Assembly: GCA_965112155.1 (NCBI GenBank)
Contig: OZ218098.1
Direction: 5' to 3' (one strand)
Length of the DNA stretch: 64,000 bases
Source of the DNA: Podarcis liolepis
Taxonomy: Eukaryota
In this document: positions 1-12,900 of the stretch, one piece after another
Position numbering within the stretch: the stretch's first letter is position 1
How the letters are laid out: each line of letters starts with the position of its first letter
Notes under the pieces: model-generated
Seen by the model: the letters and a program-made list of their open reading frames with translations, nothing else
What the model was told of the DNA's origin: nothing
Databases searched by the model: none
Program-made: the position numbers and the translations under genes

Positions 1-1372
1 CAGATGTGCTGCTCCAGCAGAGATGCTCTTAAACCACCGCCAATGCCCAGTTTTAGAGAATCCTGGAGCAGGGTTCTATTATGCTCACAGTTTTATTGTT
101 GTAGCATTGGAAAGGCATTGAACAATATTTGTTTTAGGGTTTTATTTGTGGCATTCTAGGTCATTTTCTACATTAGTGTGGTTTTATTTTGGGCTAAGGC
201 TTATCACAGATCATTTTGAATGCTCTGAATGTAATGAAAGACATGATGGCTGGTCACTAAATACAATGAAATGAATCTGATTCTAAGAAGCATTCTCTTT
301 GTGGAGTTTCCATTTTCTTTCAGGGCTCCCCTGATTTGCAGTATGCCCAACAGCAATGACCTGGAGTCTACCATACTCAGGGAAAGGCATCAAATGGCAA
401 ACTGTGTTGACTCAGCCATGTGCAAGAACATATGCAGATTATCCAGGGCCCTGCACAACCAGTGGCATCCTTGCAGTGCAGGTTTCAACTCTCAATAATT
501 TGCTACCCTCTCAGGATCTAGATACTCAGGGCTGCCATAGTGCCTAGAGGAAAACAAATACCAAAGCTGCAAGTAAGGAAGCCTGGAAGGCCCATTCCTT
601 CTCCCTTGAAAAGAGCCCAAGGGAGGAGGTGATTTGTATCTCTGTGATTCTACCTCTGCGGAATTCCAGAACTTTGTCTGCTAGGTAAACAAGGGCCCTG
701 AACATTGGAAGAGGCAAGTGGAAGGGGGGGTCCCCCTCCCTTTCTTCTTGCATTTTCTTAGATGCAAATTACTGCCTCAGAAGCCACACTTTGCAAGGGA
801 AAATGGGCTTTCATGGCAAAACTTCATATTATAGACATATTTTCTCTTTTAAAAAATGAATGTCAGGCTGCAATCTGGATCAGAAGACCTGTGGGTGGGA
901 AGGAGGTGCTTTTTCCCGGCAGCCATTTTTCTGCTTATAATTGCCTTTCCCCTCCCCCTGCTGCTTTCCTCTCCACAGGGAGAAAGATATGGGAGGGGGG
1001 CTGTAGCTTCTTCCCTGCAGGTGGAAAGAGTAGTTTAATGGGAACTAATCTGAGTGGGAAAACACGCTGGTGGGAATACCTTAAGCCTTCCCAAGCCACC
1101 ATTCCTTTACGCCCAATTACAGCCTCCTGAAATCTTAAAAAGTTACATGCCACTACATATTAACATGTAGGTTATCATTCTGCCCCCCTTGGTTCAACAG
1201 CAACCTCAGAGACATTCCATGGAAGCATGGCAGATTGCTCCCAAGTACAGCCTGGATTGCACATCCCCAAAGAAGGACGGGATAAAAATATACATAAATT
1301 AGTAAGTCATTGGAGTCTAATACTGAGAGCCCAGGAGTCTGCCCCTCTTGGGCATGGTGGCTCCTCCATAAA

Positions 1373-1428
1373 GAAAGGAAAGGAAAGGAAAGGAAAGGAA
1401 AGGAAAGGAAAGGAAAGGAAAGGAAAGG
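1373..1428 (+). repeat. (GGAAA)n microsatellite
   Basis: About 11 units, directly visible. Confidence 0.97.
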
Positions 1429-2000
1429 GAGGGAGAGACAGAGACAGAAAGAAGCTCATTTTTCTGGCAGCTGCAGCTCTCCATAGGAGCCTTTACCCCA
1501 CAGCTAAGAAAACCACAGGGAGAGTTGTGAGTGACGCTTGACAGATCAGTGTGGCAGCAAATCGACTGGCAGGTTGAAGAAAGGCCAACAACACAGCCAT
1601 GCCAGGTGAACAGAAGTCAAACAAAAAAATTGGGCCTTTGAGAGCCCTGCTCCTTTTGGGGAGAGGACTTGAAGTGCTGGTGCGTGTGTGAGATTTATTT
1701 TATTTTTATTTGAGCAGAATAATAACTGGAAGGGAATGTGTCAAGCTGCTCCCACAACCGTACCTCCTCAAAGTCTGCTTTCGGTTAAAAAGAGAGAATG
1801 TTGGGGGCAGGAGGGGATCCATGTACAGCGTTGCAGGTCCATCTCCATGGGAAATCGAGTCAGCCCATAATAAGCAAGATTTGCGTGGAGAGACAGAGAG
1901 AACCTTCCGCTATGTACTAGTAGCGCAGGGAAGGGCTGGCAGCAGCGTGGGAAGGGAAGATGCTCAGGCCAGTCATACAGAGAAGCAAAAGGATGCCCAC

Positions 2001-2026
2001 CAAATTCTGCTAGAATAGGATGAGCC
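2001..2026 (-). CDS. Candidate SPEG microexon (26 nt, AHPILAEF, exit phase 1)
   Basis: TGCTTTCTTCCTTTGCAG|GGCTCATCCTATTCTAGCAGAATTTG|GTGGGC. Confidence 0.35.
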
Positions 2027-2158
2027 CTGCAAAGGAAGAAAGCAGCAACAGCAGGATGAAGAGGAGGCATGGAGACAGCCAGGAGGGCAGGCGGGGAGGG
2101 GGTGTGGGATGAAACGCAGCTCGGGAAGAGAAAAGCATGAGGCAGCACAATTTCCTAC

Positions 2159-2172
2159 CGTAACTTTGCTTT
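2159..2172 (-). CDS. Candidate SPEG microexon (14 nt, KAKL-R)
   Basis: TTTTCCGCTCCTGCAG|AAAGCAAAGTTACG|GTAGGA. Confidence 0.35.
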
Positions 2173-3939
2173 CTGCAGGAGCGGAAAACTTCGCTTCCAT
2201 AGGGGCATCAAGAAAGAGAGACACACGTCAACAAAGCGTTATCGCCCAAATCAGCCCAGGCCCTCAAATATTCCAACATGTGATGGAAGAGGGGATTTAT
2301 AGCCTCTGGCCCATGAAACCCATTGAAATTTGGGAGAATGCATGTGCAGGGAAAGTGGACAAGAAGGCAAGGCATACGGACATAACCTAAATGGTAGAAG
2401 GTACCGCTCGCCATTGAAACTCATAAGGACCTGCCTGGGGAGTGAAATCTAGCAGGAAACTAAATTAAAAACTTGGGCTGGGGTGGGTGGGGTTGCAACA
2501 GCCATTTCTTGAATAATCCCCACGTGTTTCAAGACCCGGGTTCAAAACGCCCAGCACCAGTAGTATCTTCTCCACTCCCCCAAGCCACGACCCTCTCATT
2601 CCCTTTCCCGCAAGCTGCAGCCTCCACCTATAAGTCACAGCAACTGAAGTGCCAGCTGATCAAAGGAAACCTTGCTGGGTGGCAACAAAAGCCCCCTATT
2701 ATGTGACTATATAGAGCTTAACTTGCAGGATCAGATCAAGATCCACCTACTCCAGCATTTACGGTTTCCAAATGGTAGCTAACCACAAATCCCCCCCTTC
2801 CACCACCCACCCCCAGAAAACTCACAATCAGGACATTAACCTGAGGGCCAACCTCTGTATTTTGTCCCTAGCACCTGGTAATAAAAGATACAATGCCTCT
2901 GAACAAGCACGTTTTATATTTAGTTATTATAGTTAATGGCAACAGATAGGCCTACCCTCTCTGAATTTATTGAATGCATCTTAAAGCCACCTAAGTTACG
3001 GACCAGCACTATGTACCATCCTAGGGAATTCTATATGGACATCATCTTGCCTGTCCTAAATATATTACCAATGGGTGGCATCAAGTTTCTAGCTTCAGAA
3101 CAATGCAGGTGATTAAACCAACTTCAAACTATGGTTTAATATCCTGACTTGTTCCAAAGCTGGTAATCATTGTTTCCTGGTTTGGACAAAATAGGAAACA
3201 ATCCTTTAAGTAGCGAGCTTGTTTGCTCAAACATAAAAGGAGGAGCCAAGAGGCTGCGTGTGTGAGCAAGAGATAGGATTCAGCTGAGAAAGGGTAATCC
3301 AAATGTCATAAATGTCATAAATGTGATTCTGCACAAAGCAATTCAAACTGTCTGAAATATCTGTCTTTTGGTCCTTCTTTATATAAAACACACACAACAT
3401 GCCACCGTATCACAGTGTACAGCTTCCCTTTGGATCCCCCCCTTTTGGCAATGTTGCCTCCTTATTCTGAAAAGGGCAGGGCTTCCATCCCTTGTATAGA
3501 TCTGAGACAGGTCAACTTTGCGAAGGTGTAGTTTCTCCCATCATTGCAACCTTGTAGGAGAAACTATACCTGTAAAATGTCACTTGTTAACGGAACAGGA
3601 ACCTTTGCCTTTGTAGAATATGTACGGCTCCCAAGGTCTACAAACTGAGCTCTAACTTCTATCCGCTAAGCTCCTCGCACCCCAGCAATCTACCTCCCAA
3701 AGTGGGTGCAGGAGGAGGTTGCTATGGACAGGTGTAGGGAATCTTTGGCCCGCCAGATGCAGCTGAATTCAACTCCCATCAGCCCTACGCCATTGATAAC
3801 CTGGGATAGGCTAGTCATACCCCCCTCAACCCCAGCTAGAGCCTTTTTCTATTTGCCTGTTGTCTTCCCTCCTCCCCCACCAGCCCTCAACATATCAGGA
3901 AAGCCTCAGGCAGGAAGGGGCAGAAGTAATACAACGCAC

Positions 3940-3979
3940 CATGCGTGAAGCGCCCAAAACGCCGCGAGTGGCCACCTTT
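3940..3979 (-). CDS. SPEG: SPEG alternative second exon, KGGHSRRFGRFTH (40 nt, phase 0 to 1)
   Basis: Long pyrimidine tract CCTTTTCTCTTTCCTTTGCAG|AAAGGT...CATG|GTGCGT; locally CpG-rich; exit phase 1 matches the Ig exon; resembles recalled mammalian KTGHSRRAFGRLTH. Confidence 0.82.
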
Positions 3980-6539
3980 CTGCAAAGGAAAGAGAAAAGG
4001 AAAAAGCATTACCTCCGATTGAGATGGAGAGAGGGAGATAGTGGAAATATGGTGACGGGGCAGTGCTCACGGGATATAGTCATCAGTCACCACAGAGACC
4101 AGAACCCCAGCAGGAGACCAGGGGAAAGGCTTCAGGGGAAAGGCCTTCCGCCTACTTCTGAACTTGCTACCAGGGCAAAAAGTGTATCAGCCCCCTACTA
4201 TACCATCTACACCAAGCCTTGCAAGGCATGGGATCCACCAGAGCCAAGCACAATGGTCACATCCACATCATACAATTAGTGTGCATGGCTCCTGGGAACT
4301 GTAGTTTGATCAGGGTACTGGGAACTGTAGCACTCTGAGAGGTAGACTGCAGATTTCAGGAGTCTCTGGAGGAAGCAATATACATTAAACATATGACGTG
4401 GGTGCAACCCAAGGTCATGTGCTGCCGGCTCCACCAAGAGTCGGGAAAAGTCAGAAGCACAGGAGCCTGAGTGCTTGTGGTGATCCAGGCAGATCAGAAG
4501 AAAGAAGAGGCTGGGAGGAAATCCTCAGAGAGATTGCCCCCAACCCAAAGATAAGCGTTCCACTGTTTAAATTCTCATCTTGCTGCCCTCTGGTGAGCCC
4601 TGAGCAGCTGGGAGTCTGCAGCATTTGGTGAGACCCCTCAGAAGAGGCACATCTTGTGCATTTCATCACAGATGAAGATCCAGTCCAGTTGCCCCAAATG
4701 CGCAGGCACACGCAGGCATAGCAACCTAACAGTAACAGGCTGAAGTGCTGCCACTGGCAATGGCTTTCCCCTCTGCTCACTCTCTCGTCTCCATCATGCT
4801 CTTCTATGTGTTTCCGAGCAGCAATCAAGACTTACGGGATCCACGTGGGAAATCATTCCTGGCACATGCATCCAGCTACAACTGGATTCCTAGGTGACAG
4901 GTTGCCCAAGAACAGGCCAATCATACCGTCCATCAGGGAAGGACGGCTCTCTGAATTCAGGACCAGTGAAACAGATGCACATGTGTATGTGTGTAAGCTG
5001 CTACGTGTGCGCACACACACAGAGCATCTGATGCACAATGTCGCCCACTCCTCACTCCCAGATTTCCTGCTGTCCCATCTCCCAGAAAATTTGCTCTTCC
5101 AGCTAGATTTCCACAATGCTAATAGTGAGGTGAAACACCTTGTGCAGCAATAAATGGAGGTGACAGGATCATTCTGTGATAAGTAAGAGATGTGGTGATG
5201 CAGGGTGCTGGCACAAGAGAGAGGGTGATGTACACACCCACCCCACCCAGTTTGGCCTTTTCTCTTTTGTACTGGACATCATTGAGGTGGGAGGTATCAG
5301 AGGCATAAACTCCAGCCAGAAGAAACAAATGCTCCCAACAACAACTGATCCAGGTGGATTTGTATTCCAGCCAAGCCAGCTTGCCCAAACAAGACTGGCG
5401 CTGGCGGGCAGCCCATGTGCCAGGCCAGAAAGATGTATGAATAGATTAGCTATGCTGTTGGTGGATAATTCCCCCATTAAGAAAACGGAAATGCAATAAA
5501 ACAGCAGTAATGGATACCTGGCTGGCATCCCCCCTGTCGGGCACATGGCAATGGGCAAGCCCTGGCTCCAGGATCACATACCCAGCAGCTTCCTACTGTG
5601 GCACGTTGGGCAAAGAGGCATCTAGGCAGGCAAAGTGCATCCCTGCTCTGTGGCCAATAGCACAAGCAGCCCAAAAATTAAGGTGGCCACCTTGCTGGAC
5701 ATCCTGCTCAATATGAGTTGCACTAGGATAGTAGGGAAAAGGGGAAATGGCATTTGGACAATGAGGTAAGTACCAAGTAAGAAAGGTGTTGCAGCTGGAG
5801 GCTGCCAGGAGGCAAATCCCTTCTTAGCAATGGGGATTTGTTGCCTTGGCAATGAATGGGGATACAATAGCCCTGACTATGGTGTACGGCCTAACCGGAC
5901 TCGAGCCTTCTTTACCAGGCAGGGTCCTTCTTTCTCTGCCACTCTCCATTCTTAACTGCATATAGGAGGAGAGGGAGAGATGTTTTGGATGGCTGTATGC
6001 TCCCCACTCCACCATGTGTCTCAGTCTGTTTCCTGCCTGCCTGGCTTGGGATGCAACAGCTCTCTGCTCTGCAGAAGTGAGAGACTGGCATCCCTGTCCT
6101 CAGGTCTAGAAAGCTCATCTCCCCTCAGGCTGCCAAGGCCGCAGGCCTCTGTAGAAACAGAGGAGGAGAGCCTTGAGCCATCTGATCAAAGATCAAGCAT
6201 CCTGTTTCCAAGGATGCCCAGACAGATGCTTCTGGACAGATACCAAGCAGGAAAGATGACAACCCCTGCCCCCGCCCCCCTCCTTATTTCATCTGGTGCC
6301 CTTGCTTCCCAGTCCCTCCCCTGCAGAGAGGGAAGCTGGTGGGGCATCCTGGCTGGAAGATCAGCGCTGGAGGGGTAGGGTGGGATGGGCTGGGAAAGTG
6401 GTGGGGTACGTTATTACTGGAGCAGGCAGTGGTGGGGTGATGACATGTCCTAGCTATGCCTGCTGTGAATGATTCCCTCCCCCCTATTAGTTGAACCGGG
6501 GAGCCTCCCCCCCTTTCTATCATCCCTGCTTGGAGGCCC

Positions 6540-7760
6540 CCGAGTGACGTCCAGGCCACGAGGAGCTGCGCTCCTGCCAGGTGCTGACGCGCAGTGCCAG
6601 ATCATGACGCAGAGGCGCTCAACCTCCGTGGCCACCGGGCTTGGGGATGGAGAGTAAAAAGAGCCACGACCCCCCAGGATCCATCGCCTCGGGCATCTTA
6701 GGGGAAGAACAGGCACGGCTCTTTTAATCGCCCCCCATCCCATCCCGGGCATTTCTTAAAAGCCCCAGACAGCACCTTGCTCATCATCACCTCGAGCCCA
6801 GGGGCTTGGAAGGTGAGCGCAGAGGACCACCGATCTACAACCACCACCCTGGCATGGCCAACCCCACCCCGGCAACAAGGTGGTACACATCCCGAGACCA
6901 GCGGCGGGGAATCCTACTCCGGGAAAGGCGGGTGGGGCTCCGCGAGGGGTGCGCGTCCTCAGTTTCCCCTCCAGCGCCCACAACGCCCTGATGATGCCTG
7001 CTGGGCACCCGCCCCTCCCCTCCCCCCCGTCCCACGCCCGGACCCGTTACCTGGAGACGCTTCTTCACCCAGATCTTCTTCATCTCCGCCCCTCCGTCGC
7101 CCCCTGGGCGCCCTCCACCCCACCCCACCCCCCGGCGGTCAGCGCGATGCGGCGGGGCCGGGCTCGGAGCGCAGGGGCGGCCGGGGCAGAAGGAGCATCC
7201 CTCCGCGGGAAGCGGGCGCCGGCCTCTCTCCGCTCGTTGCCTCGCCTGCGCTGGCAGAGCTGCCAGCCAGCCCGGAGCCTCGCCCGCCGCCCGCCCGCCC
7301 GAGACAATGACAGCGCAGGCGGGGAGGTGGGGGGGGGCGGGAGGAAGGAGGGGCCGGAGGGAGGGAGGGAGGGGTTGGAGGGAGGAGCTGGGGGGGAGAA
7401 ATGAGAGGGGGTGGCCCCCCAACCCGCAGAAGGGCTGCCTCCCCTCTAAGCCTGGCGGGGTGGAGAGCTTACCCCTCCCAGAGCCACCCTCGACAGCGCC
7501 CATCAATCCACGGTTGCCATGGAGGGCTTGGAGGTAGGCGAGGGTTTCTGCCCATCTTGGAAGATGGCGAGGTGGCCTCGTGGGAAGGATCGAGGCAGGG
7601 ACGGGCGAAAGGGCGCCGCGGTGCAAAGCCAAGGCTCGGCATCGGGACGTGGGTGCCGTCTAGTGGGCATCGGCACTGCCCCGGTGCTTCCCGGCTGCAT
7701 CCCAAGAGCGCCCTGAGGAAAGCCCCTTGCAGAGGGAGGCGTCTCTCGACAGGAGTTTCC
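6540..7760. promoter_or_regulatory. CpG island / internal alternative promoter of SPEG
   Basis: Very GC- and CpG-dense relative to flanks, GC boxes, G-tracts at 7318-7415; contains an ATG-bearing exon with a strong donor. Confidence 0.85.
7051..7083 (-). CDS. SPEG: SPEG alternative first coding exon, MKKIWVKKRLQ (33 nt, phase 0)
   Basis: GGCGGAGATGAAG...CTCCAG|GTAACG; resembles my recollection of a mammalian SPEG/BPEG isoform start MKKLWVKKRFQ. Confidence 0.85.
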
Positions 7761-9839
7761 CACGGTACCTAAAGAGAACCTCCACGTTCAAAGGCAGCAT
7801 ACCCCCAGTGAGGAAGTGGGGGGGGGCGAGGGACAGGTAACAAGGAAAGGCTGTTGCCTTGTTCCTGCCCTGCTTGAGAGCTTCCTACAGACATCCAGAT
7901 AACCAGTGTTAAAAGCAGGATGCTGGACCAGGTGCAGTTTTCCTCTGTTCTACAAGGCAGTCCTTGTTTCCTCCTGTCTGAAGTTGTGAGGTTCAACATC
8001 CCCTCTCTCCCTTCCCCATCCATGGATAAAATCTGCCAGTACACAGCGTGACATTCACATGCATGCAAACACACTACACTGCCCACTACCCTGAGCAGGA
8101 CTACGCTTCCCCATTTTGTGGGTGGGTGTAGTAAGAGTTTTGCTCTAGGTGCAACACAGAACAACACAGAAGAAGCAAAACTCCTGCTCAATTTAGGTTA
8201 AGTGGGAAAGACCAGGAAGGTGTGTTTGTGTGCAATGCGCGTGCGCGCGCACACAATACTTATGGTTAGAAGGGCTAAAGCAGGTTGCGGGCAAGGGCTG
8301 CATTCCCTTGGTGGAGGGGTCATCAGTTGGAGCCCTCATGAGCCAGAGACAAAGGTGTTTGGGATTATCTACTCCAGAATCAAGAAAAACACCCTTTTCA
8401 ATTTTCACAATGGCTACCTCAAATTAAAATGCCCAATCCTGTGCAGGTTTGTGCAGAAGTAAACCCCACAAGGTTTGATACATAGAACAGAAGACTACAA
8501 ATTTGTTCTTTGACATCTGGAAGGGGTAAGAGAAACCTTCTTTCCTCCAAGGTATGCAACAAGGGGAGAAAGCAAGTACATTTATCAAATAAAATACTGA
8601 CTCTTTAACAATCCAGGAAAGATAAGAAGGAAACGAATAGGAAGATTGCATCTGTGATGGAGTGGAAGAGTGACAGTTTCAGGAGACATAGGGTGGGGAG
8701 CACATAAAATGGGGCTGGGGGCTGTGCACAGCCCCTTGCCTTTAGTTTGCCATTGTGTGGGTTAGAGGCTAACTATCAGATGGCAGCTAATATAAGGCTA
8801 CCAGCTTCACAAACAATGCCTCCTCTCACTGCCTCCTGCCCAAAATTTCCACACCTTGAATCTCCACTTTCAGTCAATTGTACTCCTCATATCTACCAAA
8901 CCATTCATTCCTAGCAATCCCTCCAAACAGAAATGGTGAACCAAACATAGCTGATCAAGATCCCCCCATAGAGGGTACTTTGTGCAACCTCTTTGGGGGC
9001 CCAGCAGAACCATACAGAACTCTTGACGACACTCCTGGCCCTCTTTCCAGCGATAGGCTTTACCAACACAGCCGCTCAGCTCAAGCAGTGCAAAGAAGGT
9101 CAAATCAGGACACTCTAACTCCAGCATAAGATGCATAAACTTAGGGAGAAATGGGAGCACTTCAGGATTGTTACAGAAGGATCACCATGCTGACTCAGAC
9201 TACTTCATGCTGGTTCACCTTGGTCAGCATTTTGCCTTGTGCAATGACAGACTCCAGATGAGAAGTTTATAAGCTTACAAGAAGTACAGAATGGCAATAC
9301 CCAACCTGTGAGCTCCCCTGAATGAGGAGATTGAATCTCTGGTTGTCATGCCTTGTGCTGAATCAGACCATTCGTCAATTGCTTGCATGGGCTAACAGTC
9401 GCTCTCCAAGGTTTCTTTCCTAGCTCTCCCTGGAGATGCTGAACCTGTGATCTGTCTGTGCAAGGCATGGATCACTGAGCTATGGCTCATCCCAAAGTGA
9501 TTAAACAATCAATCCTTCTTCCCATGGAAATCTGGGGATTGTGGGAGTGTGTGTGTGGGGGGGTGTCCCTTAACACTCAGCACTCTTAAAATATTACAGT
9601 TCATAGGATTCTTTGGGGGGGGGGGAACCATAGATGTTTGCAGTGTTATATTAGTGCTTTTAAATGAATGGTGTGAATGTGGCCAGTGTGTCCACTCTAG
9701 CTTATCTAACAACTATCAACTTGAGTACTGTATACTCAAGTGTCACCTTCATCTCATTCTCCCTCGGTTGTCCCTCTAGCCTACCAACCAACTTACTTTT
9801 CCCTCAAATGACTCTCTCTCTTTCTCTCAACATTTCAAA

Positions 9840-9942
9840 AACAGCAAAGATTCCTGCATCTGACGAAGTGGACAATAGTCTACAAGAAGCCTACAAAAGT
9901 TACCGTAGTCTTTAAGATGCCTCAAGACTCTTTGTTGTTTGC
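9840..9942 (+). mobile_element. Probable Penelope-like element terminal fragment
   Basis: TCTGACGAAGTGGAC..GTCTAC..AAGC...TAGTCTTTAAGATGCCTCAAGACTCTTTGTTGTTT resembles squamate Penelope ends as recalled. Confidence 0.5.
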
Positions 9943-12900
9943 ACTATTGAAGGCAAGGCAGTGTGGATAGACCACTTCCACCCTCAAATGTATTCTTTAC
10001 ACACATCTAATGTGTGCCCTCAGTTACATATTTAGCATGTTGCAAGTGTGTGAAAGGCTGCTTCCAAAAATGGATCCGCTTAGATGTATCTGCTTTAAAG
10101 AGAGGCGGTGGTGATGTGCATATTCTTCCTCCTCCCCATTTTATCTTCACGACAACCCTGTGAATCAGGCTTCATGGCTGAGTGGGAATTTGAACCCTGG
10201 TCTCCGTGGTCCTTGTCCAGCACTCTAATCACTATACCACACTGGGTCTCATAAGCCCGACGGCAGGGGATGGCCTTACTAAGAAATTCTGGGAGCTTCA
10301 TATAAATAAATATTCTTGTAGATTTGCAGGACCAAAGCAGGCCATAATTAGATGTGGGGGTTTGAAATTGCATGGAGCGAGTGGCAGTCTGCATGAAACA
10401 ATATGCCTGCTGCACATAGTCACACAACATGGTTCCTATCATCAGTAAAAAAAATAAAAATAGTGTGAATTGGATACTAGCAGATAAAGAAAAGGAACAT
10501 TAGTTTGAAATGGATCAAACGGTGCACACTTAAGGTGGAAATTCTACTTGAAAATATAAACAAGGCCTTACTCTGTGGGATATGAGAATCTGAGGGCTGA
10601 CTGCGTCATTTCACACAGGGGGGTAAACATATCTTCCTCGTTTCAGATACTTTTGTGCAGGCAGACAGCGACAGCTTCAAGCTTTTGATAAGCTGATTGT
10701 GCAGTCCTCACAGGGAATGAAAAGAAATTTGTACTTTCCAAAAGAAAAGAAGGAATAGTTATTTCACATCAGTCCAGAGCCTGGACACATGGGATCCCTA
10801 TCTGAAGGTGTCATGTTGGCAAGATATAAGATAGGCCAAGATCTAGCTAAAAACATACTTTCTGAGCCTTTCTAGCACCAGAAAAAAGAGAGGACAGAAC
10901 TCCTGCACCTTTAATAGTTGCACTGAAGAGGGAATTTCAGCTCTGCAAACACCAAAAGAGCGGAACTACATCACAAAAAATAGAGAAAGGAGGGGCAGAT
11001 TTGCATACATTTTGCATATAGAGAGATGCAAAGCTAGGAAAAAATACCATAATTTAAATGGATATGCATTTCTTTAAAAATATTTCATGGAAGAACGCAA
11101 GAGGCAATTCGTATAAAACGTGCATTTCTGAAGCTAGAAATGGGAATAAGCAGAGGTGGGGGAAACCAATGGCTGCATAGGCTCCCCAGGGTCCAATTCA
11201 TAACTGGTCCATTAACAATGGATCCACTCCGAGGTCTGAAAGTGACCCTTTTTAAAAGAGGTCATTTATGAGCTGACGAAGCCTCTGAATCCAAGTGCAT
11301 TCCCAGTGGTGTCTGCTCTATTAGGGCAGATGGGGCACTGCCCCACCGACCTCAGTCTGCTCTCAGCCAGCCCCCACCTGCTTGCCTCCTTACCTACAGC
11401 CAGACCAGGGGGTGGGGGCACTGTCTGCCAGCTTCCTTCTCATTGGGCTCAAGGCATATACAGATTAGCAGCTTAAAACACAGCAGTTGGTTCCCCCTTC
11501 CCACCCTTTGCGTTCGAGGGAGCATTTTAAAATTGCTGTACACATCATGACCTGGTTTATTTCTCCATCTGCCCCCACCACTACCATTCACCCAAATTAT
11601 GATTCAATGAAGCTGTCATCTGCACAATGACAGCAGATGCCTGGGCCAATTTTGGTTTATTAAAAATAAAAAGAACTGCAAAAAAGGGGGCACGCACACA
11701 AATCTAGCAAGTGGATGGATACCCAACTCAAGTTCATCCCAAACTAAAGGAAACCAGGAAATGCCAGGGGCAGTAATGCTCACTGATCTTCTAGTTAGGC
11801 AAGGTTGTGGGTGATTTTTCTTTTCTGGGAAGCTAAATTTGCAGTTGCTGCTGCCTTTTAAAGATAACAGTAAATGTCTCAGAAATCTCCATGTTGGGTT
11901 GCTTTTGGGCCAGAGTCTTGATGCTAGAAGCATTCTTAAGGAGCAATAGGGGTGGAAGGAGATAGCATAACATACAGTGGAATCCCTACGGACTTGTTAA
12001 AAAGAAAACATCCGCAAAACTAATCCTTTTCCTACTCATTGTTTTTTCCCAACTGTGGGCGGTTAGTATACTGGAGAAGGCGAAAGCAACGGTGCAGGCT
12101 GAAAAGCTTTTAGGGGGCCATTTGCATAAGACATTTTTATATGTTCACAAGAGAAATGTGGGCTGGATGAAACTACCGTCAAGAGAATGCTCAGTGGGGC
12201 TGAAGACGCAACACTTTCAGACTAATTGGAAAGGGGATAAAGCCAAATGATCAATGTTTGTCTAGACCCCATTAGTTCCTCTCTGTGCTACTCCTTGCTC
12301 ACTTCAATTCCACACAGACGTCAATATGGGCACAGTCTCAGATCCAAGCAGCCCTCATTTGCCCTGTTATGTACTACCCAGTCTTTCACAGAGGAAGGCA
12401 GGAGCACCTACTAACACCTCTCTTCTCATTACACATTGACTTGCTCCCCCCATTACACATTGACTTGCTGGACCCATTTACCCTGAAAACACCTTCCTGG
12501 TACTGGTTTTTGAAGCAGAGCATGAGCTTCAGAAACTGAACACAACAGTTACCCAATTGTAAGAGTTTACTGACTATAAATAGTTCCTCATTTTATTTTC
12601 ATTTTATCGCTTTTCTTCTTGCAAGTTATACAACATCACAAATTCGACAAAAGAACCCCTCCCACAATAATAACCACAATGCAGCACCAAAGGGAGCAAC
12701 GTTATATAGAACACCAAAGAAAAAAGAAAGATTCCAGGTTATCCAGTAAAGAGAAGCCACAGAAAATCAGAAACTAAACCAGCCAGAAGATTTTATATGC
12801 TGTGGTACGTAACCAGAAATAGTTTTGAAAACTGAAAGAGGTTGGAATGAAATATTAAGTTTCAGAATAAGTCTGGTTGAATTTATAGAATAGCAGCAGC

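Noticed and set aside
6777-7772. Several long Pro/Gly/Arg-rich ORFs on both strands
   Set aside because: Expected from stop-codon scarcity in a CpG island; only 7083-7051 has splice and homology support.
12427-12469. 19-bp direct repeat CATTACACATTGACTTGCT x2
   Set aside because: Simple local duplication with two units and no array structure or sign of function.
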